From the NCBI GenBank assembly GCA_943704425.1, contig CALSCP010001523.1, forward strand, positions 1 to 55,949: 55,949 nt of DNA, in the 5' to 3' direction. Shown piece after piece: positions 25,093 through 38,175 of the stretch. How positions within the stretch are numbered: position 1 is the first letter of the stretch; each line of letters starts with the position of its first letter. The position numbers and the translations under genes were made by a program. Under the pieces are notes generated by a model that saw only the letters and a program-made list of their open reading frames with translations, was not told where the DNA came from and searched no databases. This stretch comes from Ministeria vibrans ATCC 50519 (lineage: Eukaryota; Protista; Filasterea).

Positions 25093-25172
25093 GGTAGATG
25101 ATTGGATTTGAACCAATAACATTTATAATGTGCCAAAGCTAGTTATAAATCTTCCCCTTAAGACACATCTAC
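25093..25172 (-). ncRNA. tRNA-like paralogue of trnV with enlarged anticodon loop
   Basis: Acceptor stem and T arm identical to trnV; D stem intact; the 5-bp anticodon stem closes a 16-nt loop ACTAGCTTTGGCACAT. Confidence 0.7.
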
Positions 25173-25334
25173 TTTGAATTTAATTTAACTTTTTTTAATT
25201 CTTAAAGCTGTCACCGGCAAGTAGACACTTTAAGAAAGAAAAAGATTATTTAATTTTATATTCAAGGTGTTAAAATAACGACAAAATATTGTTTTCAAGA
25301 ATTCAATTTTTTACAGAAACTTTACGGAAAAAAT

Positions 25335-25356
25335 GTAACTATGCAAAGTTACTATC
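25335..25356 (-). promoter_or_regulatory. 22-bp palindromic motif, copy 2 (upstream of trnV-rns block)
   Basis: Exact copy; ~100 bp of downstream similarity to the copy at 40438. Confidence 0.55.
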
Positions 25357-25547
25357 AGAAATGTGGAAATTCATGCTAGTTTTCTTGCCACTTTTTGATA
25401 TTCTCTGAGCCGGTTTTACAATTAGTACTATTAAAAAGTTCCAGCAAATATAATGTTTTTTATAAAAGCAATCTTTCAAATCTTTCTTTTCAATGACTCA
25501 AGTCTCTTTGGTTTTCTTTTATTTTACAATTTTTATTTATTTTTAAA

Positions 25548-26132
25548 TTATGATCCAAACTTGTTATACAATGGTGTTAGAGCATTTGGTAATATATAAT
25601 TTGAAGGTTTCTTTAATACTTTAATATAACCTATTTTATAATCTATTATTAAATGAAATGGTGGCTTATATCACGCAATATCCTTTCAAATATCTTGTTT
25701 ATTACTTTTTTCATTTTTAGATTTAACTAAATTCATTTTACAGAAATATCCTTGGTTAATAGGATCTCAATTTAATACTTGGATCTTTGATCCAGGAAAT
25801 ATAATATTATTACCTTTATAACATTTTTTACCATTCACTAATATTTGCCCATTTTTAATAGCTTTAATTACATCTGAAAGATTATTAAAAAGTCCACTTC
25901 TAACTAATATAATTTCTAGTTTAAGTTCTAAAGCTTCTAAAACTGTTAAATTAATATTAGTTACATAATCTATTATTTTATTAATGTGAGACTGGTTTTT
26001 TACATTATATAAATTAAATAACAGTTTATAATTGGGTTTATATGATACCAAAGGTAATAAAAAAAGTCAATTTAATTTTGTAATATTAGTTTTATTAAAT
26101 GTAATTTTTGTTATCTTATTGTTATTTAACAT
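25548..26132 (-). CDS. rps4: Ribosomal protein S4 (194 aa)
   Basis: S4 domain LELKLEIILVRSGL...IKNGQILVNGK; C-terminal PPFHLIIDYK. Confidence 0.9.
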
Positions 26133-26146
26133 TTATTATTCATATA

Positions 26147-26409
26147 AGGTGCCCCTCTTTATTATTCAGGTACATAGGTGCCCCTCTTTATTATTCAGGT
26201 ACATAGGTGCCCCTCTTTATTATTCAGGTACACAGGTGTATAGGTACACAGGTGCTTAGCTACACAGGTGTATAGGTACACAGGTGCTTAGGTACACAGG
26301 TGCATAGGTGCCCCTCTTTATTATTGTGGTGCCAATTCATTTAGATTAAACTTTATCATTATTATCATGACAATTCACTTAGATTGCACCATTCGTCTTG
26401 AATTTGGGC

Positions 26410-26444
<35 letters not shown>

Positions 26445-26700
26445 TTAGATTAACCTTGATCATGAATTTTAGATTAAACTTTATCATGAATTTTAAATTA
26501 AACTTTATCATTATTTATCTTTAGATTTTACTTTATGGGTGCACAAGTGCATAGGTGCCCCTCTTTATTATTGTGGTGCCAATTCATTTAGATTAAAATT
26601 TATCATTATTATCATGACAATTCACTTAGATTGCACCATCCATCTTGAATTTGGGCACTATCAACTATCTACTATCTACTATCTACTATCTATTATCTTT
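26147..26700. repeat. Complex repeat block: AGGTGCCCCTCTTTATTATT units, ACACAGGTG units, duplicated ~140-bp segment with CTATCTA runs
   Basis: Direct reading; ~26300-26445 is nearly repeated at ~26548-26700. Confidence 0.9.
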
Positions 26701-26735
26701 AAATTAAATTTAAATTAAACTTGATTTGGTTTAAA

Positions 26736-28652
26736 CTATATAATTAAGATAGTTAATAATAAGAAGAGTATAGTTTGTATAGGCTGAAAAACTAATAAAG
26801 TAAAAGCAATTAAAGTAAACAAAGTATAATGGAATAGATATCCAGATTGTATTTTAGAGAAAGAAGCAGAATAAGGTAATTGATTGACTATATTAGTTGG
26901 TCCTATTACTTCTAAGAATCCTTTATCAATTAATTTAAAACTAATATGGTATCCAAAAGACATAATTGGTTCTACAATTAATTTATTTTGTAAAGAATCA
27001 ATATATCATCTAGAAGATAAAAAGGAGTGAATCATGATTCTAATTTTATTATTTAAAATAAAATTATGATTATTAAAAATAATAAGTGATAAAATGATAC
27101 TAATAATAGATAATAATTGAGGTAAAATTTTCCACTCTCAAGTTAAGAATTCAGCATCTCAAGTGTAATAATGATATGGATGAATATATATAGAAGAATT
27201 TAAAGTAGTATTAAGAAAAAGAAAATAATCACTAAATAAATATCCTATAAAGATTGATCCTAAAGATAATATAAATAAGACAGTTAAAATAATAATACCA
27301 GATTCATGAATATTAATAACAGATTTCTTTCTTGCTAAAGGTTGAGTTCAAAAAGTAATACTTAATAACCTAAAAGAATAAAAAGTAGTTAAAAAGGCAG
27401 CTATAGAGATTAAAAGATAACTAAATTTCCCTAATATAGTTGGATAAATTAATCCTACTTCTAAAATAGGATCTTTAGAATAAAATCCAGCTAAGAAAGG
27501 AGTACCAGATAAAGCTAAAGAACCAATTAACATATTGATATAACTAAGAGGTAAAAAGACAATTAAATTTCCAAATTTCCTAATATCTTGTTCATTTTGA
27601 AGTGCATGTATAATAGATCCAGCACTTAAAAATAAAAGAGCTTTAAAGAAAGCATGAGTTAATAAATGAAATAAAGCAATAGAATAATTGGATAATCCAC
27701 AAGCAGTCATCATAAAACCTAATTGACTACAAGTAGAAAAAGCAATAATTCTTTTGATATCATTTTGTATTAATCCAATAGACCCAGCAAAAATAGTTGT
27801 TAAAGAACCTAAAATAATAATTAATTTTCTAATACTTTCAATAGATTCAAATAAACTACTTAATCTGATTATTAAATATATTCCAGCTGTAACCATTGTT
27901 GCAGCATGGATTAAAGCTGAAACAGGAGTAGGAGCTTCCATAGCATCAGGTAATCATGTATGTAATCCTAATTGAGCAGATTTTCCAACTGCTCCTAATA
28001 CAAGTAGAAATCCTATCAATTTCTTTTCATCTAAATTAATACTATAATTTAGAATTTCTATTTCTTTAATATCTAAAGTTCCATAATTTTTCAAGATTAA
28101 TCCCATACCAACAATTAAAGCAAAATCACCAACTCTATTAACAAGCATTGCTTTAATAGCAGATTTATTAGCTTCAATTCTAGTTCATCAGAAATTAATT
28201 AAAAGATATGAACAAATCCCAACACCTTCTCAACCAATGAATAATTGAACTAAACTTCCTCCTGTTACTAAAATAAACATAAAGAAAGTAAAGAAGGAAA
28301 GATAACTCATGAACCTAATTATATGAGGATCTTGATACATATATTCTACAGAATATAGGTGAACTAAGAAAGAAATAGTTGAAATTACAAATAACATAAT
28401 TATTGTAGTAGCATCAACTCATATTGAATAATGTATAGTTCCAAATCAATTTCAAGTATTTCCTATTTGTCCTTTTATTACAATTATTGTTTCTTCTATT
28501 ATTAATTCTCATAATAAATATATTATAATACTTCAAATTAAAAACATATTTAAACAAATTATTTGTATACTTCCTTTCTTTCCTATATGATTTCCTAGTA
28601 CTGAGACTATTAATCAATTCATAAAAGATAGATATAAAATACTAAGACACAT
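26736..28652 (-). CDS. nad5: NADH dehydrogenase subunit 5 (~638 aa)
   Basis: [53 protein letters not shown]. Confidence 0.97.
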
Positions 28653-28753
28653 AACTTTTTTTTAATCTTTTTTTTTAATTCCAATTGCAATTTATATCAA
28701 CAAAAATTTCCTGCAAGATTACATTAATTTTTTGTTGGTTTTTTTCCTTTTTA

Positions 28754-28775
28754 GTAACTATGCACAGTTACTATC
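28754..28775 (-). promoter_or_regulatory. 22-bp palindromic motif, copy 3 (upstream of nad5; one substitution in the spacer)
   Basis: Plus strand reads GTAACTATGCACAGTTACTATC. Confidence 0.55.
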
Positions 28776-28942
28776 CTCATTACTGTAAATTTTACACCTA
28801 ACTTTTCCTATTGTGTTAACAATATATTACTTATATCTTTGTTTCGTATACAGAACAACTATTCTTCTCTTTACTTATTATACTTTTTTATTCGTTTTTA
28901 AAATCTTTGTTTCCTATATAGAACAACTATTTAAAATCTTTG

Positions 28943-29030
28943 TTTCATATCACTTTCATATCACTTTCATATCACTTTCATATCACTTTCATATCACTTT
29001 CATATCACTTTCATATCACTTTCATATCAC
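28943..29030. repeat. (TTTCATATCAC)8 tandem repeat
   Basis: Eight perfect 11-mers. Confidence 0.95.
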
Positions 29031-29079
29031 ATCAATTAAATATTAACACTAAATAAAAGATTCATATGGGCACGAGTAT

Positions 29080-29650
29080 AGGGGCGCGAGTCAATAAAAG
29101 TTGCCCACAATAAATGATTATGAAAAAGATGATTATTCATTACAATAGGTCAAAAAAGGTGGGCAAATAAAGAGATTGCGCCCCTAGTAAATAAAGATAA
29201 AGATAAATAAAGATTAATAAATATTAAGAGGTTCGCGAATAAATAGAAGATAAAGAGGGGCGCGAATAAATAGAAGATGCCCACAATATCTTATGATATA
29301 AATAAGTGATAAATACTTAAAATAAATAAAAAAGGTGGGCAAATAAAGAGATTGCGCCCCTAGTAAATCAAGATAAAGATAAATAAAGATTAAGAGGGGC
29401 GCGAGTCAATAGAAGATGCCCATAACTTCCTATAATTCATAAAAAAAAGTGGGGAATAAAAGATCCACAATAAAGATGGGCAAATACAGAGATTGCGCCC
29501 CTAGTAAATAAAAATAAAGATAAATAAATATTAAGAGGGGCGCGAATAAATAGAAGATGCCCACAATATCTTTTGATGAAAAATAAATTATAAATACTGA
29601 CAATACGTGAAAAAAGGTGGGCAAAATAAAGAGATTGCGCCCCTAGTAAA
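29080..29650 (+). repeat. GC-rich fold-back element, 4 tandem copies
   Basis: Units begin near 29080, 29256, 29395 and 29536. Confidence 0.9.
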
Positions 29651-29895
29651 TCAAAATAAAGATAAAGATAAATAAAGATAAATATAAATAAAGATAAATA
29701 TAAATAAAGATAAATAAAGATTAAGATGGGGGCCCCTAATGACAGTAATCTATAAGAAAAACAAAGATTTGAGGAAAGGGTTAAATTAAATAAAGTGTAA
29801 AAGTGTTAAATGAGTCAAAGGGTAAAAACAAGGATTTCCTACAAAAGTTTATGTGAAAAAGTGGCAATCTAAACAGGGTAAAATGCAGTTTTTAT

Positions 29896-29917
29896 GATAG
29901 TAACTTTGCATAGTTAC
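29896..29917 (+). promoter_or_regulatory. 22-bp palindromic motif, copy 4 (upstream of cox2)
   Basis: GATAGTAACTTTGCATAGTTAC followed by ATTTTTCCGTTAAAGTT as in copy 5. Confidence 0.55.
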
Positions 29918-30003
29918 ATTTTTCCGTTAAAGTTCTAAAAAATAAAAGTAAAAAATGTTGGTCTAAATCGTGTGATAAAAACTGAATAAGAATAAAAAAA
30001 AAA

Positions 30004-30759
30004 ATGAATAATTTTATCTTGAATATTTTATTAATGAATGATTATCCAGTGAATAGACAATTTTCATTTCAAGATCCTGCATCATCAATAATGGAAAAAT
30101 TAATTTTACTTCATGATGGTATTATGTTTTATCTAACACTAATAGTAATATTAGTTGGATGATTCTTAGCATTTATAGTTTTAAATTATAATAAAACTAA
30201 AAAAATAATAGTAAATAGAACATTTATACATGGATCAACATTAGAGATCTTGTGAACTATTATACCAGCATTTATATTAGTATCAATAGCAATCCCATCA
30301 TTAAAATTATTATATTTAAGTGATGAAGTGATTAATCCAGCAATGACTATAAAAGTAACAGGTCATCAGTGATATTGATCTTATGAATATGGAGATTTCC
30401 ATGATTATAAAGAAGAATTAATTTCTTTTGATTCTTATATGGTAGCTGAAGAAGATTTAGAAGAAGGTGGTAAAAGATTACTAGAAGTAGATAATCGAAT
30501 AATAGTACCAGAAAAGACTCATATTAGATTTATAGTAACAGCAGCAGATGTATTACATAGTTGAGCAATTCCAAGTTTAGCAATTAAATTAGATGCAATG
30601 CCTGGAAGATTAAATCAAACAAGTACATTAATTAAAAGAACAGGTGTTTTCTATGGACAATGTTCAGAATTATGTGGATTTGGTCATTCATTTATGCCAA
30701 TTGTAGTAGAATCAGTAACTTTAGATGAGTTTATTAATGTATTCTTAGCAAATTGATAA
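30004..30759 (+). CDS. cox2: Cytochrome c oxidase subunit 2 (251 aa)
   Basis: FQDPA, GHQWYWSYEY, DVLHSW, CuA motif [15 protein letters not shown]. Confidence 0.98.
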
Positions 30760-30803
30760 TATTAATAATATAAATAATATTAATAATATAAAAAGTAAAC
30801 AAA

Positions 30804-30875
30804 GGGACCCTAATTTAAAAGGTAAAATATATGTATTGCAAACATATTTTATAGGTTCAATTCCTATGGGTTCCA
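30804..30875 (+). tRNA. trnA: tRNA-Ala(UGC)
   Basis: G3:U70 pair; TATGT-AT TGC AA-ACATA. Confidence 0.95.
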
Positions 30876-31009
30876 AATAAAGAAATGATACGAAAACTAG
30901 TAATAAAATTCATTAAGAAAAGATTTTGAAAACTATTAAATGGATTAATCCCAAAAAGATTAACAAAGCCATTTAAGAAATGAAAAAAATGATTAAAACT
31001 AGTTACGAA

Positions 31010-31082
31010 GAAGAACTAGCTAAATGGTTAAAGCAGTAGCATGCTAAGTTAAAGATTAGAAGTTCGAGTCTTCTGTTCTTCG
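31010..31082 (+). tRNA. trnS: tRNA-Ser(GCU), short variable loop
   Basis: Acceptor GAAGAAC/GTTCTTC, G73; loop AT GCT AA. Confidence 0.88.
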
Positions 31083-31110
31083 TACTTTTTTTCCTAGCTC
31101 CATTTTCGAA

Positions 31111-32700
<1,590 letters not shown>

Positions 32701-32730
32701 ATTTAACTTAAATTTTGTAAATCAAAATAA

Positions 32731-33348
32731 ATGAATCAACACATCAATTATAAACTAATATTTATTAAAAATCATACTTCTTATCAAAGACCAATAGAAA
32801 AGGATTTAGTTATTTATAATCAAATTCAAATTAATAAAAAAGAATTAATTAATCATAATAATCATAATCAAACTAATCAAACTAATAAAACTAATAAAAC
32901 AAAGATAAGTAATGATGATGAAATTAAAGGCCGTTTATATTGAATAGAAAAAGAGGGTCGTTATAAGTATGATAAAGACACAGAAAAATTAAATAAAGAA
33001 ACAAAAAATTATACTTATATGTATAATTTAAAATGACCAATTCAATCATTACAAAGAAAAGGCCAAGATTTAATGTCTGGAAATAAAACAGTCTTGATTA
33101 GGATAAAAGGAACAGGAAATAAATTCTATCTAATCAAAGATAACAAAGGACAGAAATTAAAGATCAAAGCAGGCAAAAGCCATCCATTTTTATTAAAGAT
33201 TGCTAAAGATATCAATCTTTTCCCTATTTCTAGAAATCAAATTATAATTGAAGCTAAAAATAAGGATAGAGTTGCAAGATTAGTTAATATTTTAAAGAAA
33301 ATTAAAAGGCCTGATAAATACAAAGATAAAGGAATTCATATTAATTAA
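32731..33348 (+). CDS. rpl6: Ribosomal protein L6 (205 aa)
   Basis: Two track ORFs join through TGA; IKGTGNK, AGKSHP, KRPDKYKDKGI match uL6 GVGY, LGFSHP, RPPEPYKGKGI. Confidence 0.88.
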
Positions 33349-33369
33349 AAGAGATTAATATGTTATAAA

Positions 33370-33442
33370 AGGTTCTAAGTTCAAATGGTAGAATGTTCGA
33401 TTGATAGTCGAAAGGTAATTGGTTCAATCCCAATAGGACCTA
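33370..33442 (+). tRNA. trnI: tRNA-Ile(GAU)
   Basis: TTCGA-TT GAT AG-TCGAA. Confidence 0.93.
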
Positions 33443-33446
33443 TTTT

Positions 33447-33518
33447 CAGAGTATAGTTTAATTGGTAAAATATCTGCTTTGGGTGTAGTTGATGTTAGTT
33501 CAAATCTGGCTACTCTGA
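33447..33518 (+). tRNA. trnP: tRNA-Pro(UGG)
   Basis: Acceptor CAGAGTA/TACTCTG; loop TT TGG GT. Confidence 0.95.
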
Positions 33519-33562
33519 TAATAAAGAATAAATAATAAAGATGGGGCAAATTAAATCAAGAT

Positions 33563-33975
33563 TAAGAGGGGCGCGAGTAAATAGAAGATGCCCATAAGTG
33601 GCTATTGCTATAATTGATAAAAAAAAGTGGGGAGTAAAAGATCCACAATAAAGATGGGCAAATACAGAGGTTGCGCCCCTAGTAAATAAAAATAAAGATA
33701 AATAAATATTAAGAAGGGCGCGAGTAAATAGAAGATGCCCATAAGTTGCTATTGCTATAATTGATAAAAAAAAGTGGGGAGTAAAAGATCCACAATAAAG
33801 ATGGGCAAATACAGAGGTTGCGCCCCTAGTAAATAAAAATAAAGATAAATAAATATTAAGAAGGGCGCGAGTCAATAGAAGATGCCCACAATATCTTTTG
33901 ATGAAAAATAAGTTATAAATACTGAAAATACGTGAAAAAAGGTGGGCAAATAAAGAGATTGCGCCCCTAGTAAAT
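33563..33975 (+). repeat. GC-rich fold-back element, 3 tandem copies
   Basis: Units near 33566, 33715 and 33862. Confidence 0.9.
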
Positions 33976-33993
33976 AAAGATAAAGATAAAAAA

Positions 33994-34064
33994 GATACAA
34001 TAATTTAATGGTAAAATATTGATTTCATGAGTCAATTATTTAGGTTCAATTCCTAATTGTATCC
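33994..34064 (+). tRNA. trnM: tRNA with CAU anticodon (Met, or Ile if C34 is modified)
   Basis: Acceptor GATACAA/TTGTATC; TTGAT-TT CAT GA-GTCAA. Confidence 0.85.
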
Positions 34065-34125
34065 AAATTTTAGATTAAAAGATCTAAAATAAAAAGGAAA
34101 ATGTCAAATAAAAATAATAATAAAA

Positions 34126-37100
34126 ATGTCAAATAAAGATTGAAAAAATAATAATGAAAATGAAAGTGGTTACTGACTAAGTGAAAGCATAAAGGGGAAT
34201 CAAGAATTAAATTTAAATAAAAAGCACTGCGTAATAAGTAGTGTAGATAGTATTAATAGTATTGATAGTATTAAAAAAGGTGAAAATCACCATATAGATT
34301 TAAAAAGTAAAGAATGAATCCTTCCTCTTGAAAAAGAGATGACAATTGCTACAAGTAAATTTTGAGATTTTGATAATTGAAAAAATAAATTAAAGTTGAC
34401 AAGAAATTTAGATTATAGAAATTATGAAAATGAAAATAATTGAGACATTGATCAATTAAAGATAAAAAGACCATATTATCAAAAATATTTGAATGAAATA
34501 TCAAGAGGATTAGAACCAAAGAAAAATAAATATATTTATAAATTTGAGCATAACACATATTATAATAATAAGTATAATAGTCTAATTCCAGATATAAAAA
34601 ATCGTCATTATGATTTTGACAATAAAAAATGAAAATATTGGAATGAAATATATAATGATAAAAAGAGAAAAGACCCAGAAAGTGTAAATAAAATAATAGA
34701 GTTGATATATTTAAATTTTTATGAAAAAAACTATATAACTCTAACAGGTAAAAATGATAATTGGCCATTAATATATGGATCAAATTTATTAGAGACAAGT
34801 GAAAGATTAAATTTAAATTTAAAAAAACCGAGTTATTTAAAGATTTGAGAAGAAAGTAAAGGAGAAAATATAAATAAGTTAAATTTGAATTGGAATTTGA
34901 ATAATATTGAAATAATAAATGAAACAAAACTAAATTGAATAAATATAATATTAAATTGAGAAAATGCAGCTTGAAAAAAAAGAGAAGCAGAATCTCAATT
35001 AAAATATTGAAGAATGTTATTATCAAATAAAAAAAAGAAGTTAAAAGAAATAATAAAAGGAAAGGATAGAGAAAAAATCAAGATATTATTAAAAGGTGAT
35101 TTGTTATTGAAAAATATTTGAATAAATATAGGAGAATGAAAAAGAAGAAGTGAAAAGAAAATCTATAATTCTCGAGAATTAATAAAAAGAGAAGAAAAAA
35201 ATACAAAATACATTGGAAAAGAAAAACAAGATAGAATAAAAAATCGCCGTCTTATTTGACAAAGAAATGTAATTAAGTATTATAGAGAATCATTGAAACT
35301 TCATATAAATGATATTAAGGGAGAGTATATAGAACAAAAGTTAATTAAAATAAGGGAAGAATGTAATAAGTGAGAGGAATTACTAAAAAAAAGAAAAGAA
35401 GTATTTTACAGTTGTAAAAAAGCAATGGTAAGAATGAATAATCTAGATTGAGAACTAAAGAAGGAAATCGAAATTAAAATGGAAAGATTACATAATTGGT
35501 ATTCAAAATATGTTTCATTTTCTTGAATGAGCAGAAATCACTATTTAAAAATGAAAAAGATAGAAAATCCAGATTTTAAAGAAGAAATGAAGGATCATTC
35601 AAAGATCATTGAGTTAATAGTGGATCTAAGAGACGACCTGGTAAACTGACCTATGCCTTATCTTCTAAATAAAAGATGAAAGGAAGAAGACAAAGTAAAC
35701 CAAGAAATACAACATAGAGCAGAGTGAAACCATATAAGATTGTTAAAAGCAAGAGAAGCAGAAATTGAAATAAAGATAGAAAGGAAAGATATAGATAAAG
35801 ATCTAATTAAAGTAGAAAGTAAAATAATAAATTTAATTAAAAGACCAGAAGATTGAAATGAACTGAAAGAGGAGGTAACATGAGAATGATTAAATAAAAA
35901 ATTAGAAAAATATATAAAATTGAATACTTGAATAAATATGGCAAATAAATGAGTAGGTTTAAAAAGAGATGAAAAGAAGAATAAAAAGTTATTTGAAAAA
36001 AAAGTGGGTGATTGATTAATAAAAAGAGATAATAAAATTTATAAAATAGTAGAAAATATAAAACTATTAGAGAAATTAATATTTGAACAAGAACTAAAGG
36101 AAAAAGAAAGACAAAGAGATTTAAGAATAACTGGACATTATAAAACATTAACAGAAAGGGAAAGACGGTTATCATTCGAAAACAGTAAATTAAAGAAATA
36201 TGATTTACTGAGTGAAGAAGGACTGACACCAGCTAAAACAGGAATGTTTGAGTTATTTGGTTCTGTAGGAATACAAAAATTCTCAAAAAGAATGGCAATT
36301 AAAAAATTAGAATATAATGTAGATAAATTCGGTCCTTCTAAAAAATGAATAGAAACTCCAAGAACTATAAGAAAATTAGAAGTAGAAATAGAGAAAGAGA
36401 AAGAGAAAGTATTAGAAGACAAAATGGTAAAAGGTCAAGTGTTAAAAGTAACTCCAGGTTTAATTAAAGATTCTAAAGATTGAAGTGAATGAGAAAAATC
36501 GGAAGAAAAGGAGCAATCAAAAATAATAGAAGAGATAGTAGAAAGAGGAGAAAAGGGGCACAATTTACCAATTGACTTAATAAATAGTGTGATTAAAAAT
36601 TATGGTAAAAAGGAAGGAGAGAAGAAAAAAATTAAAGTTGAAACAAGGAACTGAAAGATCACAGGAATGTTTTTTGACTCAACATGGTTATGATGATCAA
36701 ATTTAAAAAAAATGAATATGGATAAGAATTGATGATGAAGTCGGGTAGAGACTAAAAAAATGAAGAAGACTTCAAATAAAGGAATTCTAAATTCTTTATT
36801 AGATTTTAAAAATGAAATAAAGAAAGAAGGAAATCATAAATTGGCTGAATATTATAGACATGAAGAACAAGATTACCTAAATTCAGAAGAATATAAATCT
36901 ACAAATGCAAATCCATATAAACCATTTTCTTATTATAAAAAAAAGATTGATCCTAAATTAAAAAATAGGAAAACACTGATTGACTTAAAAGAAAACAGAG
37001 AAAAATTTAGAAAAATAAATTTAAGATTAATTAAGAAGCTTGTTATAACAACAAATGATTATTTGAAATACAAACGAGAAAGAATTGAAAAATGGAAGGA

Positions 37101-38175
37101 ATCAAAATCAATTTTAACTACAAGATATAAAAATCTTGATTTATATAAAAAGAAGTTAAGAATAATAACTCTTGCATATAAAGGTCAATATAAAAAATTA
37201 AAAGGTAGAAAAAAGAGATCATGGACGGTATCATCAAACTTTCATATATTTGATATATATAAATGAAGAGTAGGTCAAAATGAAAATCAAAAATGAATAA
37301 TTAAAAATAAATATAATAAATGATTTTCAAAGCAAAATTGAACAGAATGATCATATAATAATAAATTTATAAAGACAAATAAATACATTAAAACAACAGA
37401 GATATATAAATCTCTAGACCAAATCTCAAAGATAAACAAGAGAGATAAGGTAAAAATCTGAGAGATAGAAGAGCGAAGTTTTAAGGAGATAAAATGAAGC
37501 TTTGAATGTAAGAATAGAATAGAGAAGGTCGAAAATCTAAAACTAAAAGAGGTAGCAGATAAAAGTTACCTTTGAGCGAATGTTGATGGAAAGGATGAAG
37601 AGGATGGAAAGGATAAATGAAAGAAAAGCTTATTATTTAATTATAGAGAAGCAAAAGGTGAAAATGGTCCAGATTTAAAAAGACTGGAAAGACTTTGAAT
37701 CCAAAGATTAATTAATATTCGGGTAGAGAAAGAATTTCATTTTAAAAAGATAATTAAATGAATGGAGAATGAAAATAATAGTTTCTGAATTCTAATTAGT
37801 CCAGAAATATATAATTTGAATGGTATAAATTGTTCTAAATGAAAAAAGGAAGAAATAATAAAGATAAGAAAAGCTTGAAAAAACTATATACAGTATAGTG
37901 AAGAAGAAGAAGTAATACAAGAACATCGTTTGACAAGATCAATACCATCAAATTACAATAAAGAACTAAAATTAGTAAAGACTCGACCTATTAAAAACTT
38001 CCCTAATTTAAAAGAAGACCAAGGATTGACTCGTAAATGAATAATGAATCCAAGATTTGAACATTATGGAGTACATGATAAAACAATCGAGGAAAAAACT
38101 TGATTAAAATGATTAAAGGAAAGACCAAGAATGAATAAAATGAATAGTAAAAATGAGCATACTATCGAAAAATAA
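34126..38175 (+). CDS. Giant ORF, 1349 aa (orf1349), unknown function
   Basis: Read by hand: open under code 4 from ATG 34126 to TAA 38173-38175; overlaps cob by 23 bp. Confidence 0.85.

Larger units (their letters stand above)
28653..30003. promoter_or_regulatory. Central non-coding region where transcription diverges (putative control region)
   Basis: Lies between divergent nad5 and cox2; coding strand and purine skew switch near 29050; outward-facing 22-bp motifs near both edges. Confidence 0.7.

Noticed and set aside
29080-29650. CRISPR-like repeat-spacer appearance
   Set aside because: Intervening segments are themselves repeated, units are >100 bp fold-backs, and there are no cas genes.
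36570-38085. orf1349 as T7-like plasmid RNA polymerase (NSVIKNYG, GVHDK)
   Set aside because: No motif A (DxxxSGxQ), no R...K...MT..YG spacing, and the HD lies only ~30 aa from the end; a profile search would settle it.
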